Shown here: one piece after another, positions 27,776 to 36,191 of the stretch
Numbering within the stretch: the first letter of the stretch is position 1
Layout: the number at the start of each line of letters is the position of its first letter
Virus record (IMG/VR): IMGVR_UViG_3300017768_000024
Span: 1 to 36,876 of that record
Reading direction: 5' to 3' (one strand)
Source: a virus
Lineage: Duplodnaviria; Caudoviricetes
DNA: 36,876 nucleotides
Notes under the pieces: generated by a model
Told to the model about the DNA's origin: nothing
What the model saw: only the letters and a program-made list of their open reading frames with translations
The model's database searches: none
Program-made: the position numbers and the translations under genes

Positions 27776-27916
27776 ATGATGAAACATTTAAAAGAAAATA
27801 ATATAGGATATTGGAAACATTGGTGGAGAGCCATGAAGATGAGTGGAGCTTTATTCATACACGCTTGGTTACCAGATGTTTTATCTGATTATGCAAGTAA
27901 GGAGTTATCTAAATGA
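27776..27916 (+). CDS. 46-aa hypothetical protein (resembles DUF6356, from memory)
   Basis: MMKHLKENNIGYWKHWWRAMKMSGALFIHAWLPDVLSDYASKELSK; fills the gap; ATGA overlap downstream. Confidence 0.7.
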   Translation: MMKHLKENNIGYWKHWWRAMKMSGALFIHAWLPDVLSDYASKELSK

Positions 27917-28632
27917 AAAAAGAATTTGTTATAGGTGTATTGTTAAACATAGCAACTGTTCTTGCAGTTGTTGGTGTCCGTTATTATTATGCTAAACAAG
28001 AAATGGATTTTTTAAAAGAAGATTCAGTTAGACAAGAACAACTTATCCAAGAAAATGAATACACTATAGATACTCTTAAAACTGAAGTGGTGAAATTAAA
28101 CAACCACGGAGCAAAACTTGTAAATGAAATACAAGATATAAAAACAAAACATTACGAAAGAGTTCGTTGGGAAAAAGAATACGAACAAAGAATTGATAAC
28201 CTAAGAGAATCTCTTGATTCAGTAAAATTTGAGATATCTTTAGGTGAGAGTGGTTTAATACCATTTGAAAAAGAATTTGGTGTACAAGATAATTATTTAA
28301 GAATCTTCGGTCGTACAGGCGTGAAGATAAAAGATAATAAAATCTTAGACTCTGAAACTGATTTATCTTTTGATGGTGAAATAAATATAGGAGCACCTGA
28401 AATAGAACAGATAGGTAAACATGAGTTCAAGGCTGTACTACCAAGTAAATCCTTTGATGGATTGAGACTTACGGGTGGAGAAAGTAAACCTATAAGTCTA
28501 AAACCACCAAGAAACCAAATATCTTTTGGGCCAATGGTTGGAGTTACTTATAACGCGGTTACAGGATTGACAGAACCTATATGGGGTTTTGGAATAACTT
28601 ACAACTTAGTAAAACTTTGGGATTGGAAATAA
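27913..28632 (+). CDS. membrane-anchored coiled-coil protein, possible spanin
   Basis: AAGGAG RBS; N-terminal TM, coiled coil, C-terminal amphipathic beta-hairpin FGPMVGVTY...WGFGITYNL. Confidence 0.5.
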   Translation: MKKEFVIGVLLNIATVLAVVGVRYYYAKQEMDFLKEDSVRQEQLIQENEYTIDTLKTEVVKLNNHGAKLVNEIQDIKTKHYERVRWEKEYEQRIDNLRESLDSVKFEISLGESGLIPFEKEFGVQDNYLRIFGRTGVKIKDNKILDSETDLSFDGEINIGAPEIEQIGKHEFKAVLPSKSFDGLRLTGGESKPISLKPPRNQISFGPMVGVTYNAVTGLTEPIWGFGITYNLVKLWDWK

Positions 28633-28633
28633 A

Positions 28634-28876
28634 ATGGCTTTTAAAGATATATTTAAAGATGAAAATGAGTTTAATGAAAAAACAATCATTGGATTTTTAT
28701 CATTCACTATCATGGGAATGTATAGTGCAGTGGATTTAATAACAGGTTATATGGGTTTAGATTTACCTATTAATGACTTTGTTTATAATAGTTTTCTATA
28801 TATTACTTTAGGGTGTTTTGGTATCGCTGGTGTTGAAAAAGTAATGGGTGGAAATAAAGAAAATGGTAAAAGTTGA
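28634..28876 (+). CDS. two-TM small membrane protein, possible holin
   Basis: 80 aa, two hydrophobic segments, charged termini. Confidence 0.5.
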   Translation: MAFKDIFKDENEFNEKTIIGFLSFTIMGMYSAVDLITGYMGLDLPINDFVYNSFLYITLGCFGIAGVEKVMGGNKENGKS

Positions 28877-28894
28877 TAATTATAGGTAGAGAAT

Positions 28895-29047
28895 ATGCCG
28901 AACAGAAATGCGAAAGATAGAAAAAGAAAAAGAATTTTGACTAACAAAAAATTGGCTAGAGAAGGTAGAACAGCTAAACAATATAAAAAATGGTTAGAAA
29001 AAAATGAATCAAAAAACAAAACAGGTATTGGAACTTATAGAAGATAA
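28895..29047 (+). CDS. 50-aa highly basic protein
   Basis: MPNRNAKDRKRKRILTNKKLAREGRTAKQYKKWLEKNESKNKTGIGTYRR; AGGT RBS. Confidence 0.65.
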   Translation: MPNRNAKDRKRKRILTNKKLAREGRTAKQYKKWLEKNESKNKTGIGTYRR

Positions 29048-29366
29048 TAAGTGTATCTTCTGTGGAACTTACACAAATGAAGACCTACGAAAGTGGTTTG
29101 GTAAAGGTGGTGCAGGTGGTTCTGGCGGTGGAGGTTGGGATAGGTATTCCTCTACTGGTAAAAAACTAGGAAAATGTGGTGATGGTGAAGAGGGTGGAGC
29201 GTATGCAGCCTGTCTATCAAAGTCAAAGGCTAGAAAACTTGGTAAAAAGGGAATCGCAGCATTTGTCAATAGAAAAAGAAAAGCACAGAAAAAAGGTGGT
29301 GACCCCAAAAAAGGTGGTGAAAGAAGTAAAGGGCAAAAGACCATCAAGGTAAAAACAGGTGCATAG
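29004..29366 (+). CDS. small basic Gly/Cys-containing protein
   Basis: NEDLRKWFG...W...GKCG...YAACL...RKRKA. Confidence 0.75.
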   Translation: MNQKTKQVLELIEDNKCIFCGTYTNEDLRKWFGKGGAGGSGGGGWDRYSSTGKKLGKCGDGEEGGAYAACLSKSKARKLGKKGIAAFVNRKRKAQKKGGDPKKGGERSKGQKTIKVKTGA

Positions 29367-29523
29367 ATATCTCGTAGAAAAATTTGATTGTGGCTGTCTT
29401 CACTTATATGAAGTTGTTAAAGAAAAAAAGTGGAGTCAAAAATATAAGAAAAGTATTGATTGTAACAACCCAAAAGGTTTTAGTCAAAAAGCACATTGTG
29501 CAGGAAGAAAAAAACGAAAATAG
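29359..29523 (+). CDS. 54-aa basic Cys-containing protein
   Basis: GTG start with AAGGT RBS; ...KEKKWSQKYKKSIDCNNPKGFSQKAHCAGRKKRK, a module I recall from T4-like aquatic phages. Confidence 0.7.
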   Translation: MHRYLVEKFDCGCLHLYEVVKEKKWSQKYKKSIDCNNPKGFSQKAHCAGRKKRK

Positions 29524-29531
29524 GTAATAAT

Positions 29532-29984
29532 ATGGATACTTATAATAAATCAGTTCAACATCAATGATTCCACCACGCGACTTGGGGGTCTCCTAAGCGA
29601 AAAAATGAGGGTGTCGGTAAAGTAACTTGGCACTCATTAAGTGAAGATGGTAAAGTTGAAATTGTAGATATACAATTCGGTAATAAACTTTACAAAAATG
29701 TAAGTGTAAGTAGACTTAATCCAACTGATGAGTCGTCACACTCACATCCAAGAAAAAAGAGAAAAAAAATGAAAGTTGATGAACTAAAACAAATAGTAAA
29801 AGAGGCTTTTATAGAGGAAAAGTTTGAGATGTTCTTTGAAAAGAATGTTCCAACAAATCCATCAAAATGGTCTTACTATAAATCTCAAGCTAAAAAGAAG
29901 TTTGATGTATATCCATCAGCTTACGCAAACGCTTGGGCAGCTAAACAATACAAAGCCGCTGGTGGTGGTTGGAAAAAAGGTTAA
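29532..29984 (+). CDS. candidate selenoprotein (150 aa, in-frame UGA at codon 12); includes track ORF 29769..29984 as its C-terminal domain
   Basis: AGGT RBS + ATG; MDTYNKSVQHQ*FHHATWGSPKRKNEGVGKVTWHSLSEDGKVEIVDIQFG...SHSHPRKKRKK-MKVDELKQ...YPSAYANAWAAKQYKAAGGGWKKG; single TGA at 29565-29567. Confidence 0.65.
29578..29599 (+). promoter_or_regulatory. putative bacterial-type SECIS hairpin
   Basis: CG-A-CTTGGG-GGTCT-CCTAAG-CG, beginning at +11 after the UGA, with apical GGUCU at +20..+24. Confidence 0.6.
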
Positions 29985-29986
29985 GC

Positions 29987-30412
29987 ATGAACGAAAAACG
30001 AGGAACTTGTTGGGTTGGATATCAACAGATAGGCATGAAAGAAAAGAATGGTAAGATGGTGCCTAATTGTGTTAAAGAAGTTTACGATATCTATTGGGAA
30101 AATCAAAATGAAAGTTGTGGATACACTTTCGAGTTTGAAAAACAACCAATGGAAGAGGCTGAATACCAAGGTCGTAAAGTTAAGCTCAATAAAATAATGC
30201 AAGGTGATGCTAAGAAATTTAAAGTTTACGTTAAAAACGATAAAGGTAATGTCGTGAAAGTAAACTTTGGACAAGGTGGTGATGCCAAGGGTGGTACGAT
30301 GAGAATACGTAAATCAAATCCAAAAGCTCGTAAATCGTTCAGAGCAAGACACAATTGTGATAATCCAGGCCCAAAGTATAAGGCGAGATATTGGGCTTGT
30401 AGAACTTGGTAA
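29987..30412 (+). CDS. basic multi-module Cys-containing protein
   Basis: Start ATG 29987; modules CWVGY...VPNCVKE and EAEYQGRKV...ARKSFRARHNCD...ARYWACRTW. Confidence 0.8.
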   Translation: MNEKRGTCWVGYQQIGMKEKNGKMVPNCVKEVYDIYWENQNESCGYTFEFEKQPMEEAEYQGRKVKLNKIMQGDAKKFKVYVKNDKGNVVKVNFGQGGDAKGGTMRIRKSNPKARKSFRARHNCDNPGPKYKARYWACRTW

Positions 30413-30413
30413 A

Positions 30414-30635
30414 ATGATAAAAGTTAGATTCACTAGCAGTGGTCAACAAATATCAAAAGTTTGTAACACTTGTAAATGTCACATTGAAGATTTAACAATA
30501 GAAGATATTATTGTTAAACCTAAATGGGCTAACTCAAGTAATATGACTTTCAAATATAGTAACGGAGAAGACATCACAAGGACAGAGTTACCTAGTGATT
30601 TAAGTACCTGTACTTGTGAGCATTGTAATGATTAA
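30414..30635 (+). CDS. small Cys-rich putative metal-binding protein
   Basis: Start ATG 30414; CNTCKCH and CTCEHC clusters. Confidence 0.7.
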   Translation: MIKVRFTSSGQQISKVCNTCKCHIEDLTIEDIIVKPKWANSSNMTFKYSNGEDITRTELPSDLSTCTCEHCND

Positions 30636-31500
30636 ATTAGCACAAATAAACGAACAAAAAGATTCCAAACACGCAGCAGGTATTGCCTACGTTGTGAATG
30701 ACGAGTTATTGTGTGTTCAAAGTACGAGTGGTAGATGGGGTATCCCAAAGGGTCATCGACATATTGATGAAACACCTGAAGAAGGAGCTCATAGAGAGTT
30801 TACTGAAGAAACCCAAATTATACTAAATCGTGATATTGAATTATCCCATGTTGCTAAGAAGAACAATGGTGGAGACTTTCACGTTTTTATATGCAAGGGT
30901 GATAAAAAAATAAATGCACATATAAATCATGAACATATGGCTTGGGGTTATTATAACACAATGAATCTTCCACAACCATTTGACGATAGAGTATTAGGAA
31001 TATTAGATAATTTATATGAAGCCTCTACAACTGCAAATATAAAAGGACTAAAGGGTGCAACAGGTTTTATCAAACCAGAAGAGTGGCCATCTAAACTAAA
31101 ATCGCTTAAAAAATCAATCACAGACACTACAGGTTATTTACTATTAGAAAGAATAGACTACTTGGATACAGCAGAAAGATTAGTTAAAAAATATGGACTC
31201 AAATCTAAAATAAAATTTGCACGTGGTAAAGACATGGCGGATTATAATTGGGTTACCGATACGATAAATTTAAGACCATCATATCCTACAGTCAAACAAT
31301 TTTTAATTACAGTATTACATGAAATCAAACATGCTCTTGATAGAAAAAAGATGGGTGCAAAAAAATACGAAAAAGCATACTCCATGGCAGGTGAGATTGC
31401 CGTCCAAAAAGGTGGTGATTTTCACGATGATAACAAGTTTGAGGAGATTGCCGAAAAGTGGGGTAGACGTGAGTATGCTAAGTTGAAAAATAAATTGTAA
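30628..31500 (+). CDS. NUDIX hydrolase - HExxH metallopeptidase-like fusion
   Basis: Nudix box PKGHRHIDETPEEGAHREFTEETQI; C-terminal TVLHEIKHALD...FEEIAE. Confidence 0.8.
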   Translation: MIKLAQINEQKDSKHAAGIAYVVNDELLCVQSTSGRWGIPKGHRHIDETPEEGAHREFTEETQIILNRDIELSHVAKKNNGGDFHVFICKGDKKINAHINHEHMAWGYYNTMNLPQPFDDRVLGILDNLYEASTTANIKGLKGATGFIKPEEWPSKLKSLKKSITDTTGYLLLERIDYLDTAERLVKKYGLKSKIKFARGKDMADYNWVTDTINLRPSYPTVKQFLITVLHEIKHALDRKKMGAKKYEKAYSMAGEIAVQKGGDFHDDNKFEEIAEKWGRREYAKLKNKL

Positions 31501-31567
31501 TTTGAGCTTTTTATTTGATATTTAAATAAGGTTACTTTAAAAACCAAAGAAAGAAAATAATATCCCG

Positions 31568-31903
31568 ATGAAATCACGTTCAGCTAAGAACAAGGGTAAA
31601 AGGTTACAGAATCAGGTCAGAGACCTTATCCTCGAAAAATTCCAACAACTAGAAGAAGATGATGTTCGCTCAACTACAATGGGTGACAGTGGTGAAGATA
31701 TACTTTTATCTCCCGCCGCTAGAAAGTTATTTCCTTTTAGCGTAGAGTGTAAAAATCAAGAAAAACTAAATATATGGTCTTCTTTAGAACAAGCGGAAAA
31801 TAATAGTGGTTCTCACGCTCCTTTGTTGATATTTAAAAGAAACAGAACTAAAACATATGCTGTTTTAGAATTGGAAAGGTTACTAGAACTATTAGATGAA
31901 TAA
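31568..31903 (+). CDS. PD-(D/E)xK Holliday junction resolvase-like nuclease
   Basis: SAKNKGKRLQ...GEDI...SVECKNQE...PLLIFKRN. Confidence 0.8.
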   Translation: MKSRSAKNKGKRLQNQVRDLILEKFQQLEEDDVRSTTMGDSGEDILLSPAARKLFPFSVECKNQEKLNIWSSLEQAENNSGSHAPLLIFKRNRTKTYAVLELERLLELLDE

Positions 31904-32816
31904 AGTTGTTAATCTAATAAATAGAGTATTAGGAAACAATGGTATTAAGCTCAAAAAGACGGATGAGTTTATGTATTGGTCTCCTTTCATATCTCATCAT
32001 AAAAGAAAACTACAGGTAAACATACACACTCAGAAGTGGCATTGTTGGGTTTCTAATGTAGGTGGTAGAAATTTATTTCAGCTATTTAAAAAAGTTGGTG
32101 CCTCAAGAGAACAATTTTCTGAGCTTGTAGAGTTAGTTGGTGAACCTAAGTTTTATAAAAAGAATAATCAAGATAAAAAGACAGAGTTAGTAAAATTACC
32201 TAAAGAATTCAAACCTCTTTGGAATGGTGGTGATGGCATAGTAAAAAGACACGCCTTAACCTATCTTTATAAAAGAGGTATAAACGATAATGATATAATG
32301 AAACATAATATAGGTTATTGTGATGAGGGTAAATATTCAAACAGAATAATAATCCCATCTTATGATTCTAACGGTCAGCTGAATTTTTTCGTGGGTAGAG
32401 ATTTCTATAATAGTAAGTTAAAATATCTAAATTCATTTACTTCAAAAGACGTTATTGGGTTTGACTTATTCATAAATTGGGATGAACCAATTATATTATG
32501 TGAGGGTGTATTTGACGCTATGGCATTTAAAAGAAATGCTATTCCACTATTTGGTAAAACAGTATCCAAAACCCTACAGAAAAAAATAATTGAATTTGGA
32601 GTAAAAACTTTATATTTAGCTTTAGATGATGATGCAATGTCAGATACTATAAAAATAACAGATATGTTTTTAGGTGAAGGTATAGATGTTAGGATAATGG
32701 TTTTAAAAGATAAAGACCCTAGCGATATTGGTTTTAAAAAATTAATAAAAAATATACAAATGACGCCAACAACTAAATTTTCTGATTTAATGAAATACAA
32801 ACTAAAAGGTTTTTAA
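31896..32816 (+). CDS. DNA primase (phage DnaG/gp61-like, TOPRIM)
   Basis: YLYKRGI, RIIIP, FFVGR, KYLN, LCEGVFDAM, ALDDDA and KDPSD motifs. Confidence 0.9.
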   Translation: MNKVVNLINRVLGNNGIKLKKTDEFMYWSPFISHHKRKLQVNIHTQKWHCWVSNVGGRNLFQLFKKVGASREQFSELVELVGEPKFYKKNNQDKKTELVKLPKEFKPLWNGGDGIVKRHALTYLYKRGINDNDIMKHNIGYCDEGKYSNRIIIPSYDSNGQLNFFVGRDFYNSKLKYLNSFTSKDVIGFDLFINWDEPIILCEGVFDAMAFKRNAIPLFGKTVSKTLQKKIIEFGVKTLYLALDDDAMSDTIKITDMFLGEGIDVRIMVLKDKDPSDIGFKKLIKNIQMTPTTKFSDLMKYKLKGF

Positions 32817-32817
32817 T

Positions 32818-35800
32818 TTGCAAAAACTTAACGTCCCCTTTAATAAATTAAAATACATACACCACATTTCAGATATACAGATTCGTAATCTCAAAAGACA
32901 CAAAGAATACGAAGAGGTCTTTGAAAGAACCTATAAAGAAATAGAAAAAAACAAAGATAATGCAGTGGTCTATATCGGTGGTGATATAGCTCACTCTAAA
33001 ACAGATATGTCACCAGAATTGGTTGACCAATTATCAAGGTTGTTTAAGAATCTATCCGACATATGTCCAACCATAATAATTGCTGGTAATCATGATTGTA
33101 ATCTAAACAATCTATCTCGATTAGATGTCTTAACTCCGATAGTCGATAATTTAAATCACCCTAATCTACATTATCTAAAAGATAGTGGCGTTTATAAGTG
33201 TGGAGATGTTTCATTTGTGGTATGGGATTGTTGGACAAAAGAAAAAGACTTTATTCTAGCGGATGATGTTGAGGGTGATACAAAAGTCGTACTATTTCAT
33301 GGAACTGTAGATAGAGCACAAACTGATTTAGGTTTTCATCTCCCATCTGATGTGCATATTGACAAATTTAAGGGTTATGATTTAGCCTTACTTGGTGATA
33401 TACATAAAAGACAATTTCTGAATGATGAGGAGACAATAGCTTATTGTGGCTCACTCGTTCAACAGAATCATGGTGAGGGATTATCACATGGTTATCTATT
33501 ATGGGATGTTCCTACACGTAAATCAAAATACATTGAAGTACCAAATGATTATGGTTACATAACACTTGATATAGATAATGGTGAATTGCCTGTCATAGAT
33601 AAAATGCCTAAAAAGGCTAGAGTAAGAATCAGAGCATCTAATACCCAACCATCAGAACTTAAAAAATGTTTAGCCATATTACATAAAAAGTATGGTATAA
33701 AAGAGATGGTTGTTACACGAACTGACGCTTTGTATAGTAATGATAGAGTTAGAAATGATACAATTACAGTTGGTGATATCAGCGAATCTGATGTACAATT
33801 TAATTTGATTCAAGAGTATCTAAATAATAATCATCACGTGACTGACGAGGTTTTATTAAAAATTAAAAACATTAATGAATCTTTAAATCAGTCTATACCT
33901 GAAGAAGAGGTTTATAGAAATGTAAATTGGAAAATTAAGACTTTTGAATTTGAGAATATGTTTAGCTATGGTGAAGACAATAAAGTAGACTTTAGTAAAC
34001 TAAATGGTGTTGTGGGGATATTTGCTCCGAACGCATCTGGTAAATCATCTCTCTTAGATGCCCTTTCATTTTGTTTGTTTGATACCTGTACACGAGCATT
34101 TAGAGCAGAGAACGTTCTAAACAACAAGAAGAAAGATTTTTATTGTAAGTTAAATTTTGAGGTCGATGGTCAAGATTACTTTATAGAAAAAACAGCTAAA
34201 AAACAAAGAAAGGGTAACGTTAAGGTAGATATAGATTTTTATACAATAGGTGATGATGGTGAACGTGTATCCATGAATGGTGACCAACGTAGAACAACAC
34301 AAGTAAATATAAGAAAAGTAATTGGTACATATGATGACTTTATATTGACGGCACTTTCTTCCCAAACCAACAATTCTGTTTTTATAGAAAAAACACAAAA
34401 AGAGAAAAAAACTTTATTAGCTCAATTTATGGGATTAGAGATATTTGATAAATTATGGTCATCTGCTAATGAAGAAATAAGAGAAGTAGCTGCAATACTA
34501 AAAAACTTTAAAAGAAACGATTGGGAACGTGAGCTATCAGATATCAAAAAAGAAAAAGAGGACTTTGAGAAAAAACATGAAAAGTTATTAGAAGCTCAAG
34601 GTGTAATAGAAGAAACAAAAAACTTAGAAGAAGACACGGTTAGAGACCTCACTCGAAAGTTAAAATCTATAGACAAATCAATATCAAATATAGATGAGCT
34701 TGAAGATGAAAGAGATACTCTTAACGAATCAATTAGTTTTGTAAAAAGTCAATATGAACAGGCTAATGAAAAGTATGAAAAAAGAATAGATGATAAAGAA
34801 AAATTAAATGACAAGATATCAGGTCATGAAAATAATGACACTAATAGTAAGTATGAAGAGGCAGTTGATAAAATGGATTATGGTGCAAAACTTACGTCTG
34901 ATTTGGATAGGGTCAAACAAAATGTAAGTGTCAAATTAGAAAAAGTAAAAAAGCTAGGTGATTTAGAGTACGATGAGGATTGTGACTATTGTATGAAGAA
35001 TCCGTTTACACTTGATGCGATAGAAACAAAAAAAATAATTGATAAAGACAAAAATAAAGTTAAGGATTTATTACTAAAAATTGATGTATATAATGATTGG
35101 TTTCATAACAATTGGAAAAAGATAGAAAACGCACACATAGATTATCAAGAAACAAAACTAGCTTTTGATAAGATATCATCGTTAATTAATGAGTCAAAGC
35201 AATCTACACAATTGTTGGATGAAAAAGAAAAAAATTACATCAATCAATTAAAATTCAACGAAGAAAAAATACAAAAGTATTATGAGCAAGAACAAGACAT
35301 AGTATACAACTCTAATATTGAAAAAGAGATACAAACGACAGAGGATAATTTAAGTGATACAAACTATAAATTAGACAAAGTCAACAAAGAGATAAATTCT
35401 GTTTTTGCCGAAATAAAAGTTTTAGATACAAAGAGAAAAAATATATTAGATAACATAGATAAGGTGGCTGACCTTGAGAAAAAATATGAGGCTTACGAAT
35501 ACTATCTTGATGCAGTGAAACGTGATGGTGTTCCATACGAACTCATAACAAAAGCATTACCAACAATCGAGGGTGAGGTTAATAACATATTATCTCAATT
35601 GGTTGATTTCCAAATGGTGTTTGAAATGGATGGAAAAAATATCAATAATTACATAGTCTATGATAATGATAATATATGGCCTTTAGAACTTTCAAGTGGA
35701 ATGGAAAGATTTATATCTTCTCTAGCAATTAGGGTTGGTCTAATAAATGTATCTAACCTACCACGTAGTAATTTCTTAGCTATCGATGAGGGTTGGGGAA

Positions 35801-35967
35801 CAATGGATTCAGATAACCTAAATTCAGTATACAATCTATTTCAGTATCTAAAATCACAATTTCAATTCACATTGATTGTATCACATATAGATTCTATGAG
35901 AGATGCGGTAGACACACTCTTAGAGGTTAAAAAAGAAAAAGACTTCAGTAATATTATTTTTGATTAG
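32818..35967 (+). CDS. fused Mre11/SbcD (gp47) nuclease - Rad50/SbcC (gp46) ATPase
   Basis: SDIQ, GGDIAH, AGNHD, FHG, LGDIH phosphoesterase motifs; APNASGKSS Walker A, CDYC hook, SSGME signature, AIDEG Walker B, VSH; TTG start with AAGGT RBS. Confidence 0.92.
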   Translation: MQKLNVPFNKLKYIHHISDIQIRNLKRHKEYEEVFERTYKEIEKNKDNAVVYIGGDIAHSKTDMSPELVDQLSRLFKNLSDICPTIIIAGNHDCNLNNLSRLDVLTPIVDNLNHPNLHYLKDSGVYKCGDVSFVVWDCWTKEKDFILADDVEGDTKVVLFHGTVDRAQTDLGFHLPSDVHIDKFKGYDLALLGDIHKRQFLNDEETIAYCGSLVQQNHGEGLSHGYLLWDVPTRKSKYIEVPNDYGYITLDIDNGELPVIDKMPKKARVRIRASNTQPSELKKCLAILHKKYGIKEMVVTRTDALYSNDRVRNDTITVGDISESDVQFNLIQEYLNNNHHVTDEVLLKIKNINESLNQSIPEEEVYRNVNWKIKTFEFENMFSYGEDNKVDFSKLNGVVGIFAPNASGKSSLLDALSFCLFDTCTRAFRAENVLNNKKKDFYCKLNFEVDGQDYFIEKTAKKQRKGNVKVDIDFYTIGDDGERVSMNGDQRRTTQVNIRKVIGTYDDFILTALSSQTNNSVFIEKTQKEKKTLLAQFMGLEIFDKLWSSANEEIREVAAILKNFKRNDWERELSDIKKEKEDFEKKHEKLLEAQGVIEETKNLEEDTVRDLTRKLKSIDKSISNIDELEDERDTLNESISFVKSQYEQANEKYEKRIDDKEKLNDKISGHENNDTNSKYEEAVDKMDYGAKLTSDLDRVKQNVSVKLEKVKKLGDLEYDEDCDYCMKNPFTLDAIETKKIIDKDKNKVKDLLLKIDVYNDWFHNNWKKIENAHIDYQETKLAFDKISSLINESKQSTQLLDEKEKNYINQLKFNEEKIQKYYEQEQDIVYNSNIEKEIQTTEDNLSDTNYKLDKVNKEINSVFAEIKVLDTKRKNILDNIDKVADLEKKYEAYEYYLDAVKRDGVPYELITKALPTIEGEVNNILSQLVDFQMVFEMDGKNINNYIVYDNDNIWPLELSSGMERFISSLAIRVGLINVSNLPRSNFLAIDEGWGTMDSDNLNSVYNLFQYLKSQFQFTLIVSHIDSMRDAVDTLLEVKKEKDFSNIIFD

Positions 35968-36106
35968 AATATAATATTGTTCTAGTGCATTTTTCTTTTA
36001 TCAATTGCTCTAAGAGGGCATACATCTTGATGCCATGCTTTTTACAATGTTCCTTAAGCAGGTCTCTGAATTCTTTTCTTATTTTAATTGTTACAAAGTC
36101 TTCCAT
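35954..36106 (-). CDS. 50-aa ribbon-helix-helix-like DNA-binding protein
   Basis: MEDFVTIKIRKEFRDLLKEHCKKHGIKMYALLEQLIKEKCTRTILYSNQK; beta-alpha-G-alpha pattern; not in the ORF track. Confidence 0.7.
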   Translation of the reverse strand: MEDFVTIKIRKEFRDLLKEHCKKHGIKMYALLEQLIKEKCTRTILYSNQK

Positions 36107-36191
36107 ATAAATAACTATATTTTAACTACTTTTTTACTATATTTTTTCAATAATATTTTTAGTGGATATTTATTTAAAATAGGAGTTTTTA

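Noticed and set aside
29536-29543. ATACTTAT as a late promoter making 29524-29768 non-coding
   Set aside because: Downstream out-of-frame ATGs (29564, 29605) give only 10- and 6-codon ORFs, and a 245-nt gap would be atypical here. The readthrough ORF explains the region better, although an internal promoter is not excluded.
29824-30054. 76-aa alternative-frame ORF
   Set aside because: Overlaps two better-supported ORFs and has no recognisable motif.
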